This document shows positions 1 through 6,465 of a DNA stretch of 7,973 nucleotides, piece after piece (position 1 is the stretch's first letter; each line of letters begins with the position of its first letter). A program made the position numbers and the translations under genes. The DNA is from a virus. Its lineage: Duplodnaviria; Heunggongvirae; Uroviricota; Caudoviricetes. The stretch lies in the IMG/VR virus record IMGVR_UViG_2645727743_000016, positions 1 through 7,973 of that record; one strand, 5' to 3'. Below the pieces are notes generated by a model, which worked only from the letters and a program-made list of their open reading frames with translations, had not been told where the DNA came from and did not search any database.

Positions 1-79
1 TCCCCTGGATCCAGACGGCTTCCAGCGTTTTTAGACGTAAATGCTCGCCGCTTTTGCCTGTAATTTCCGGATATATCAT
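1..79 (-). CDS. Possible 5' end of the next gene downstream of rusA, truncated by the window edge
   Basis: Minus-strand ATG at 77-79, 9 nt after the rusA stop, open to the window edge (about 26 codons, MIYPEITGKSGEHLRLKTLEAVWIQG). No recognisable motif; a Q-antiterminator-position gene by synteny only. Confidence 0.2.
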   Translation of the reverse strand, partial: MIYPEITGKSGEHLRLKTLEAVWIQG

Positions 80-87
80 ATTTACGA

Positions 88-453
88 TCACTCACTCTCA
101 ATTTTGTAAATCTTCACGCCCAGCCGCCCCCCAGGAACGAGCTGACCGCGCACAATATTGATTTCATCAAACTGCTCGTCGTCTATGAGAAGTCCGGCAT
201 GCGTCAGCGCATCCAGTGGTGCTTTCAGGATATTGTCCAGGTCACGACGACGCTTATCCGGTGGCTCTGCAATAATCTTTATCGCCAACCTTCCGGACAG
301 GCTTAATTTCAGCCGCTGCTGGCGAACAATAAGCGCCACAGCACGGCGATAACGCTCACCGGCTTTTGATACAAAATATGTGCTGCCACGACGACGCCAG
401 TAAGTGTTCACCGTTGGCGGGTAAGGCAAAACAAATTCTATGCGTTCAGTCAT
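88..453 (-). CDS. rusA: RusA-family Holliday junction resolvase
   Basis: 121-aa ORF whose translation shows the RusA pattern (PYPPTVNTYWRRRG near the N-terminus, DKRRRDLDNILKAPLDALTHAGLLIDDEQ acidic catalytic core). ATG at 451-453 directly abuts the stop of the upstream gene (TGA then ATG). Recognised from memory of the RusA family, not searched. Confidence 0.88.
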   Translation of the reverse strand: MTERIEFVLPYPPTVNTYWRRRGSTYFVSKAGERYRRAVALIVRQQRLKLSLSGRLAIKIIAEPPDKRRRDLDNILKAPLDALTHAGLLIDDEQFDEINIVRGQLVPGGRLGVKIYKIESE

Positions 454-1512
454 TCATGCTTTCCACTTCAGAACACCCGAATTTCTCGCGTGCATTAAAA
501 AACGAATCAGCAACAACAGCTGGCTGCCGTGTTTTTCTTCAAAATCTTTTACCCCGGCGTGTAGTTCGCTATGGCATTTACGGCACAGCGGAATAACAAA
601 CAAATCATCAGCCTTTGTTCCCATCCCTCCCAGTCCATGACCAATGATGTGATGCGGATCATCTGCCTGATTGCCACACGTCATGCATTTCTGCGTTTTT
701 ACCCAGCGCGTGTATACAGGCATCTCTTCCCGTTGTGGTTTCTGGCGCTGGAGATACTGAGCCGGTGACTCCGGATCAACGGCAATGCTGACCACCGTCT
801 TTTCCTGTGGTGGATTCTGTTGCTGGTGGGCGTGAGGCAACGGCGCAATATTTTTTGTGCGCTGCTTCAGTATGCTGATGGCGGTCTGCTCTCCCGGTAC
901 GATGTCGCTCTCGCGGTATACTGAGCGGATTTTTTCACCCGGAAGCTTCAGGATTCGACGCGCCATATTTTCGGTCATGGCATCCACTACATCATTTACA
1001 GAAGCCCAGCAGCACAATTCAGCCAGCGATAATTCCCGCTCCTGCGTGCCATTCACTGCATGGCGTATGACGTCAATCATCCATGCTGACAGGTTTTGAT
1101 GAGCAAGTTGCCCGAGTGATTCGGAGGTCTGGTCACGCAGCTGGTTGTCGCAGTGCCAGCACAACACCATTGCGCCGATACCATAACGATGTATGACGGT
1201 TTCGCTGTGATGATAATCGCCGTGTGGCCACTGGCAGGATTTAACGTGGCGTAACAGCCAGTCAGACAGCGCACCAGCACCGCCAGCAGCACGAATCACC
1301 CGCTCATCGCTGAAAAATGGCAGTAGTGATTTATCCTCCGCCAATGGCTGGCGAACGGCAGGAACGACTCCGGACGGCAGACCGCGCATGCTTTTCGGTT
1401 CCGGCTCCACCAGAACTCGAGGGTTATGAAATACCTGCATGGATTCACGGCCCGGTTTTAGCACCACCAGCCCAAGTTCCGGTACCGGAACAGGTCGAAG
1501 TAATACCCGCAC
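454..1512 (-). CDS. ydfU: DUF968 family phage protein (YdfU-like) with a C-terminal Cys/His HNH-like zinc-binding motif
   Basis: 352-aa ORF. C-terminal CMTCGNQADDPHH...PLCRKCHSELH is typical of DUF968/YdfU-like prophage proteins. Start uncertain: GTG at 1510-1512 directly after the upstream stop, or ATG at 1438-1440 (MQVFHNP). Lies immediately upstream of rusA, as in Qin-type prophages. Confidence 0.75.
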   Translation of the reverse strand: MRVLLRPVPVPELGLVVLKPGRESMQVFHNPRVLVEPEPKSMRGLPSGVVPAVRQPLAEDKSLLPFFSDERVIRAAGGAGALSDWLLRHVKSCQWPHGDYHHSETVIHRYGIGAMVLCWHCDNQLRDQTSESLGQLAHQNLSAWMIDVIRHAVNGTQERELSLAELCCWASVNDVVDAMTENMARRILKLPGEKIRSVYRESDIVPGEQTAISILKQRTKNIAPLPHAHQQQNPPQEKTVVSIAVDPESPAQYLQRQKPQREEMPVYTRWVKTQKCMTCGNQADDPHHIIGHGLGGMGTKADDLFVIPLCRKCHSELHAGVKDFEEKHGSQLLLLIRFLMHARNSGVLKWKA

Positions 1513-1513
1513 G

Positions 1514-1792
1514 TTACCTCCAGATGCGTTGCTGGAATGTGCGGGACGGACGCGGTGGGCGTTCGGAATAAGGGAGTCTGACGTAGATTATCCAGAGACG
1601 ATAATCGAGGCTGAGGGCTTTCTTAATCTCGTATCCGTGTCTGCGGTAGCGCTGAATCAGCCATTCAGCCTGTTCTTCGGTGCAGGGATCGTGCTGATAC
1701 CAGTCATATTTGAATGCATGAGAGCGCCGCCCGTGTCTGCTGGCAAAGGCGGCTGAATTATCAGAATTGTGTAGTCTGGAATTTTGCGCCAT
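1514..1792 (-). CDS. Hypothetical phage protein (92 aa)
   Basis: ATG at 1790-1792 with GGAG about 10 nt upstream on the minus strand. Stop is adjacent to the DUF968 start, consistent with translational coupling. No recognisable motif. Confidence 0.55.
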   Translation of the reverse strand: MAQNSRLHNSDNSAAFASRHGRRSHAFKYDWYQHDPCTEEQAEWLIQRYRRHGYEIKKALSLDYRLWIIYVRLPYSERPPRPSRTFQQRIWR

Positions 1793-1858
1793 CGGCTTTC
1801 TCCGGTGGCACAGTGTTACTCAACAGGGGTTCAGCCCTGCGCTGAATTGTAGATGAAT

Positions 1859-2119
1859 TCACTCATCTTCAAAAGCAGAAAAACCAGCCTTAATCTCAGC
1901 TTCTTTCAGAGACGGCAACGATGTGACAAATTCATTTGCACGCAAAATAAAACCATCCGTCACAAGCCCATCCACCAAATGAATTAACGCAGCTCCACTC
2001 TTCCTTTGTTGAGACTGTAAACATTTAATACGGCAGTGGCTGACAATTGCGCCATTCTCAACGCGCACAGTATAGAGGCCATCTTCACTAAAAATTTCAC
2101 GTAATTCTTTGATTTTCAT
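1859..2119 (-). CDS. Hypothetical small phage protein (86 aa), rem-like position relative to hok and ydfU
   Basis: ATG at 2117-2119 with AAGGA about 9 nt upstream on the minus strand (the ORF track begins one codon earlier at a TTG). Sits between the Doc cassette terminator and the DUF968 gene. Identity not recognised; the rem comparison is positional inference only. Confidence 0.55.
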   Translation of the reverse strand: MKIKELREIFSEDGLYTVRVENGAIVSHCRIKCLQSQQRKSGAALIHLVDGLVTDGFILRANEFVTSLPSLKEAEIKAGFSAFEDE

Positions 2120-2200
2120 CAACAGAATCCTTCCAGATAAATAGCACTCCCCTGTTTGGGGTCCATCCCTCTTCTCCCTGCGCGCTACTTAAGTGCATCG

Positions 2201-2228
2201 ATTCTAGTCAGGCATACCAGCTAATCAA
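2201..2228 (-). promoter_or_regulatory. Candidate sigma70 promoter for the downstream minus-strand genes (86 aa, 92 aa, DUF968, rusA)
   Basis: Minus-strand reading: TTGATT, 16-nt spacer, TAGAAT (plus-strand 2223-2228 and 2201-2206). Lies just downstream of the strong terminator at 2270-2305 and about 80 nt upstream of the ATG at 2119. Sequence pattern only. Confidence 0.3.
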
Positions 2229-2269
2229 CAAACCCTGGTCGGTTAAATAGAAGAATTGGCTAAAATTTA

Positions 2270-2305
2270 GTCCATTAAAATAAAAAACCCGCCGAAGCGG
2301 GTTTT
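2270..2305 (-). terminator. Rho-independent terminator downstream of the Fic/Doc gene (hairpin is symmetric, potentially bidirectional)
   Basis: AAAACCCGC-cgaa-GCGGGTTTT perfect 9-bp stem at 2284-2305, followed on the minus strand by TTTTTTATTTTAA. Located 15 nt after the Doc stop at 2320. Confidence 0.65.
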
Positions 2306-2319
2306 CATTGGAAGCACCT

Positions 2320-2805
2320 TTAGTTTTGCTGTTCTATTTTAAGCTTGATAGTTTCATACAAAACAATAGTTGCGCTTGTTTTACATAATTCCCGGCTGTC
2401 ATACGCGCGAGACCAATAACACAACCAGTTCTCGAGATCTTCTCGAGTATAGGTTTTGCAGGCCAGTCCCTCTGCCATTTCCACGATTTCATCGCCTGGT
2501 GCTGTTAACTCATAGCCATTCAACAACAAGAAGACGTAACCAGCCATCATAGCTGTTCGTTTGTTCGCATTAGCAAACGGATGATTCTGAATCAGACTTT
2601 CAATCAATACCGATGCCAGTACAAACATGTCATTAGTCTGTTCATACCATCGAACCATGCTGGGACGGGCCTGAGAAGAACTTAAGTTATCTGGACTCAG
2701 AACACCAACGGGCTCATCTGGCGTCTGTAATTCAATTAGGGAATGATTGATTTCAACAAGATCATCAACCGTAAGGTAATGCACTCCTTCAACAATCTCA
2801 GCCAT
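2320..2805 (-). CDS. doc: Fic/Doc family toxin (death-on-curing-like)
   Basis: Translation contains HPFANANKRTAMMAGYVFLLLNGYEL, matching the Fic/Doc motif HxFx(D/N)(A/G)NKR. ATG at 2803-2805 (the ORF track starts 3 codons earlier at a TTG, 2814). Small partner gene ends 18 nt upstream. Confidence 0.82.
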   Translation of the reverse strand: MAEIVEGVHYLTVDDLVEINHSLIELQTPDEPVGVLSPDNLSSSQARPSMVRWYEQTNDMFVLASVLIESLIQNHPFANANKRTAMMAGYVFLLLNGYELTAPGDEIVEMAEGLACKTYTREDLENWLCYWSRAYDSRELCKTSATIVLYETIKLKIEQQN

Positions 2806-2823
2806 AGAGTACAATACCCATCA

Positions 2824-3003
2824 TTACACTTTTGAAAGTTCTTCCATGGCTTTCTCATAACGAGAAAAACCGAAATCAAAAGCATTTTTCACTTGTTCAC
2901 GATGTGCGCAGTTTTCATCAATCACTGGGCGAGGGACTGCCACAACGCTTTTATCGCGAGGCGGAATACTCAACCGCGTGTGTTTTTTGAGTGGGCAGCT
3001 CAT
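2824..3003 (-). CDS. Putative antitoxin partner of the Fic/Doc toxin (59 aa)
   Basis: ATG at 3001-3003 with AAGGA about 8 nt upstream; the ORF track's longer 75-aa form starts at TTG 3051. Small gene immediately upstream of the toxin is the canonical type II arrangement. Sequence family not recognised. Confidence 0.5.
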   Translation of the reverse strand: MSCPLKKHTRLSIPPRDKSVVAVPRPVIDENCAHREQVKNAFDFGFSRYEKAMEELSKV

Positions 3004-3119
3004 ACTAATGAGTCCTTTTGTTTTCCGATTATTGGCAAAGCCATGCACCAAATTTGATACAAAATAGATCTGTTTGAGATCCTTAGGATAGTCTCATGGT
3101 AGCTAAAATTACAACCTCA

Positions 3120-3150
3120 TAATGCGACGAAAAACCCGCCGAAGCGGGTT
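3120..3150 (-). terminator. Rho-independent terminator downstream of hok (hok mRNA 3' hairpin)
   Basis: CCCGC-cgaa-GCGGG hairpin at 3135-3148 with AA/TT extension, followed on the minus strand by TTTTTCG. Lies about 70 nt after the hok stop. The 21-bp core (3130-3150) is identical to 2283-2303. Confidence 0.6.
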
Positions 3151-3218
3151 AAGTGCGGGTGCGTTGAGGATGCCTGACACATCAGAGGCGGCGAGGGATT
3201 TCTCCCCCGCCGGGTCTC

Positions 3219-3374
3219 TTACTCCTCAGGTTCGTAAGCTGTGAAGACAGCGACCTCCGTCTGGCCGGTTCGGATTCGTACCTCGCAGAGGTCTTTCCTC
3301 GTTACCAGTGCCGTCACTATGACGGTTAAACAGATGACGATAAGGGCGATTAACATCGCCTTTTGCTGCTTCAT
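3219..3374 (-). CDS. hokD: Hok/Gef family type I toxin (51 aa), HokD/RelF-like
   Basis: Translation MKQQKAMLIALIVICLTVIVTALVTRKDLCEVRIRTGQTEVAVFTAYEPEE matches HokD/RelF as I recall it (not searched). ATG at 3372-3374 with AAGGAG about 10 nt upstream. An in-frame upstream ATG at 3429-3431 would give a 70-codon form. Confidence 0.88.
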   Translation of the reverse strand: MKQQKAMLIALIVICLTVIVTALVTRKDLCEVRIRTGQTEVAVFTAYEPEE

Positions 3375-3633
3375 AGCCTGCTTCTCCTTGCCTTTCGGCA
3401 CGTAAGAGGCTAACCTACATGTGTTCAGCATGGATTGAGCCTCAGATTAATGTTAAGCGTCTTGCAGGACGCGTAATGTTAACTGGGGCTTTTCTCTATC
3501 TGCCTTTTGGTGTTCATGCCTGAGACAGATAGCCTCAAGCACCCACAGTCATTCTACTTAACTAAGATTTCCCTGCAAACCGTTTTTGTCCGGCACAGTA
3601 AATATCCAACTAAACCAATAGCGTTCGCTGTAT

Positions 3634-3813
3634 TTACCGCCAGTATTCAATGCACGTGACCGCCATGAACACCCCTAAAAAAAGGGCATTTATATGTCCA
3701 AACATTAATATCAAAACATCAATTTTTTCCATATACCTTGCTGTGAAGATGATGGGCATACATGATGCGAACAACCAGAACGCAACAAACAAAAACTGCA
3801 ATGCGTTTTTCAT
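3634..3813 (-). CDS. Possible small hydrophobic (membrane) protein, 59 aa, in an AT-rich island
   Basis: ATG at 3811-3813 with GGGGGA about 5 nt upstream; the ORF track's 72-aa form starts at GTG 3852. Translation is strongly hydrophobic (LQFLFVAFWLFASCMPIIF...ALFLGVFMAVTCI). AT-rich sequence gives long ORFs by chance on both strands, so the call is weak. Confidence 0.3.
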   Translation of the reverse strand: MKNALQFLFVAFWLFASCMPIIFTARYMEKIDVLILMFGHINALFLGVFMAVTCIEYWR

Positions 3814-4024
3814 TATTCCCCCTACAATCAATGTGCAATTACATTTAAACACACCTCAATTTGGCCGGACATATAAATATCTAAACCAGAAAAAATCACT
3901 TACATAGCGTTACAAACTCTTTAGTCTAAATATTCATCGTAAAACATTCCCCATACTTATCAGCCCACTCTACGCCAGGTAGCTCATTGCCTTATCTGGG
4001 AATCTGTAATCAGGTTTCCGTTTT

Positions 4025-4447
4025 TCAGTCGGCTGGTCGTTTAACCGGCATAGTTAACCCATTAATCTGGTTGCCGGATGCTGGTGGATTTTCGCGTTTT
4101 AGTTGTTCATAAAAGTGCACAGCTTTAACCAGTTCTTCTGATGTAACAGGGACTGGTGGGGCAGTGAATAAGGCCTGAATTTCATAGTTCGGCCTGTCGT
4201 TACAATCCTCTTTTTTCGGTACATATTTCCAGTCACCAACCCACAACTCCCCCTGAGAGTCCATAACACCTTTTTTCACGTAGCGATATCGCCACGCTAT
4301 CGGCTCTGCTTCCAGCGATGCCAGTGCAATTTTGAATAACTCGCCCTCTACTCGCGCCATCCCTGAATTGGGGTGGCATTTCGTAATCGCTATTTTTAAT
4401 TTGGCTTCTTCGATTAATTGTTCTTTTGTTAATTCAGTCATTTTCAT
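4025..4447 (-). CDS. Hypothetical phage protein (140 aa)
   Basis: Two in-frame ATGs at 4445-4447 and 4439-4441 (MKM), with AAAGGG about 7 nt upstream and AGGAGG further upstream. No recognisable motif. Confidence 0.6.
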   Translation of the reverse strand: MKMTELTKEQLIEEAKLKIAITKCHPNSGMARVEGELFKIALASLEAEPIAWRYRYVKKGVMDSQGELWVGDWKYVPKKEDCNDRPNYEIQALFTAPPVPVTSEELVKAVHFYEQLKRENPPASGNQINGLTMPVKRPAD

Positions 4448-4537
4448 TACCGCCCTTTCAGGCGGCCTCCTGATGTTCTGAGGGTGCAGAAATCCCTCCG
4501 GTTAAGGATTAAATTTTATTTGCTGTGCTAAATTTAA

Positions 4538-4993
4538 TTATTCAGTTTTTATTCCTGCTCTCAAAACAGCCTCTGCCATTCTGATATCCGGATTTTCTGA
4601 AATCATCTTTTCCGGCGAGTCGCAATCACCACCACATTCAGTTATGCGTTCATGACCAAAACGAATTGTGGTTTTGTGCGCATTAATCATTTGTGTAAGC
4701 GCGTCTGTCAATTCTGCAATGCGTTTATCTTTAACTTCCAGCTCTTTCAGTAAAGCCAGTACGTCAGGATCGCTAACATCAACGACGGTTACGCGCGATT
4801 TCAGGTAATGCTCATCCGCAAAAGTTCGACCAGTTTTAAAATATCCATCATCCCCCTCACCTGCGCAGGCATACACAATATGCGTTCTGGAAAATATGCG
4901 CTGTATCGACATTTCATCGCCGCAAACAGGACATTCCGGCACCTGAATTGGTGAATAACGTTCACGTAATGCCTGGTAATTAGTCTTGCACAC
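4538..4993 (-). CDS. Hypothetical phage protein (151 aa) with paired-Cys motifs and a central coiled-coil-like segment
   Basis: GTG at 4991-4993 with AGGAGA about 7 nt upstream; overlaps the upstream gene's 3' end by 14 nt. Contains ECPVCGDE and ECGGDCDSPE pairs flanking LALLKELEVKDKRIAELTDALTQMI. Family not recognised. Confidence 0.6.
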   Translation of the reverse strand: MCKTNYQALRERYSPIQVPECPVCGDEMSIQRIFSRTHIVYACAGEGDDGYFKTGRTFADEHYLKSRVTVVDVSDPDVLALLKELEVKDKRIAELTDALTQMINAHKTTIRFGHERITECGGDCDSPEKMISENPDIRMAEAVLRAGIKTE

Positions 4994-5285
4994 TGGCTGT
5001 CTCCTGAAAAATCACCGCATGCCCCAGTTTCTCCGCCAGCGCCAGTTCTGCCTTAGCGCCTGCTGACCGCTGCCAGCCTTTCAGCATGTAAATCGCATCC
5101 ACACAACGAATCATTGCCATGCAAATATCCATGTAGTGCGGCTGTGTCAGCCCGTCCGGAAGTACTGCCGGGTTTAAGACGGTATGCCCTTCCCGTTTCA
5201 GTTCCTCTTCTGCCTTGTGAAACGCCTCACGGTTGAAATTTTCATACCCCGTCATTGGACCGGCGATATAAACCCTCACCCTCAC
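4980..5285 (-). CDS. DUF4406 protein (nucleoside 2-deoxyribosyltransferase-like fold)
   Basis: N-terminal VYIAGPMTG...NFNREAF is the hallmark of DUF4406/NDT-like proteins, recognised from memory. GTG start at 5283-5285 overlaps the upstream stop as GTGA; AGGAGG lies 7 nt upstream. Confidence 0.72.
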   Translation of the reverse strand: MRVRVYIAGPMTGYENFNREAFHKAEEELKREGHTVLNPAVLPDGLTQPHYMDICMAMIRCVDAIYMLKGWQRSAGAKAELALAEKLGHAVIFQETASVQD

Positions 5286-5698
5286 GCCATCACCTCCTGA
5301 AAATTACCCTGATAAAACGCCAGCACACGCTGCATAACCTTGCTTTTCCGGCACTCGAGACAGATTATGTTCTGACGCCTGTCGTAGTGGCGTATCTCTC
5401 CATCTGGTAATGAATAAATCAGGCCAGGGTCGCTCTTCTTTTTCGCTGCACCTTTAGACATCTCTTTATGGGCTTTTATCCAGTCTTTACGTGCCTGCTC
5501 AGAAGGGAATATTCCATGCCCTGAACCATATACAACACCACTGTCTACCAGTTCTTTCGCCAGAACTTCAATCAGATGTCTCGTCGCCCCTGTTTCATTT
5601 TCCAGTTGTTTACGCGTTTTCCTACCATCTCTGCGTACCAGTTCCACAATACGCGCCTTTACTTCTTCCCGTTGTTCGGGAGTAAAAACTTTTACCAT
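5282..5698 (-). CDS. Hypothetical phage protein (138 aa), possible N-terminal winged-helix-like segment
   Basis: ATG at 5696-5698 with a strong AGGAGG 5 nt upstream. Stop overlaps the start of the DUF4406 gene. N-terminal segment TRKQLENETGATRHLIEVLAKELVDSGVV looks helix-turn-helix-like; this is inference. Confidence 0.65.
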   Translation of the reverse strand: MVKVFTPEQREEVKARIVELVRRDGRKTRKQLENETGATRHLIEVLAKELVDSGVVYGSGHGIFPSEQARKDWIKAHKEMSKGAAKKKSDPGLIYSLPDGEIRHYDRRQNIICLECRKSKVMQRVLAFYQGNFQEVMA

Positions 5699-5712
5699 AA
5701 GTCCTCCTGAAA

Positions 5713-6459
5713 TTACTTCACAACCCTCAGGTGTCTGACATTCGAACGCCAGCTCTCCCAGTTAAAATTCACCCAGCGACCACCGTTCATGACCATGCGG
5801 TCCATCACACGCTCGCCAAGAAGCGTACTCATCGCTACGTGGTTCAGGTTCGTCAGCATTCCGACACTACGCATCGAAGCCGTTCTGCGGTCGACTATCT
5901 GGTTCAGTGTGACCTGCTCGTTGCGCGTATCCCGCTGCATTCCGATTTCATCCAGGACAAGCAGGTCAACATCACACAACCCCTGTAAAAATTTTTCGCC
6001 TGAGTTTTTGTTGTCGTAGCTGTTGTGTAACGCCAGCATCACATCAGCCACCGTTATCACAATCACGCTGCGACCTTTCGCCAGAAGATGATTGCCAATG
6101 GCGGCTGCAAGGTGGTTCTTTCCGGTACCCGGCTTACCGCTGAACACAAAATTCGTGCACCCGGTCATCAGTTCGTCAGCGATGGATTTTGCCTGGCTCA
6201 GCGCATGTTTTTGCCCGTCGTTCTGCACCTGATAATTCGCAAACGAGCATTTGCTGTGCAGAGGCTGGATGCCCGAACGATTCAGGATTTTTTCCACCCG
6301 CAACTGGCGATTCTGGCGGTTGATCTCCTCGCTACGTTTTCGCCCTTCAGCCAGTTGCCACTCGCGCCACTCATCCACTGTCCGGTACGGCGCGATTACA
6401 TGCTGCGGGGTCAGCTTACGGATACGCTCAAGAACACCACCTGCCGCGATATTTTTCAT
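5713..6459 (-). CDS. DnaC/IstB-family AAA+ helicase loader (phage replication protein P analogue)
   Basis: Walker A GKPGTGKNHLAAAIG and Walker B LLVLDEIG in a 248-aa ORF. ATG at 6457-6459 with GGGGG about 10 nt upstream. Lies immediately downstream of the O-like initiator gene. Confidence 0.9.
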   Translation of the reverse strand: MKNIAAGGVLERIRKLTPQHVIAPYRTVDEWREWQLAEGRKRSEEINRQNRQLRVEKILNRSGIQPLHSKCSFANYQVQNDGQKHALSQAKSIADELMTGCTNFVFSGKPGTGKNHLAAAIGNHLLAKGRSVIVITVADVMLALHNSYDNKNSGEKFLQGLCDVDLLVLDEIGMQRDTRNEQVTLNQIVDRRTASMRSVGMLTNLNHVAMSTLLGERVMDRMVMNGGRWVNFNWESWRSNVRHLRVVK

Positions 6460-6465
6460 GGCCCG

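Noticed and set aside
158-640. Plus-strand ORFs 158-352, 366-596 and 440-640
   Set aside because: Antisense to the rusA and DUF968 genes; no start context and no recognisable motifs.
1317-1756. Plus-strand ORFs 1317-1571 and 1439-1756
   Set aside because: Antisense to the DUF968 and 92-aa genes; Pro/Ala/Arg-rich translations typical of shadow ORFs.
2270-3150. The repeated hairpins as a CRISPR array or REP element cluster
   Set aside because: Only two copies, 847 bp apart, with protein-coding cargo between them. Each functions plausibly as a terminator. No regular short spacers are present.
3219-3431. The 70-aa ORF-track call as a single Hok protein
   Set aside because: Hok family toxins are about 50 aa and the internal ATG at 3374 has a good AAGGAG site. 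The upstream in-frame portion is treated as a possible mok-like coupling frame rather than part of the mature toxin.
3650-3907. 85-aa plus-strand ORF in the AT-rich island
   Set aside because: AT-rich sequence yields long ORFs by chance. There is no convincing ribosome-binding site, and every supported gene in the window is on the minus strand. Not fully excluded.
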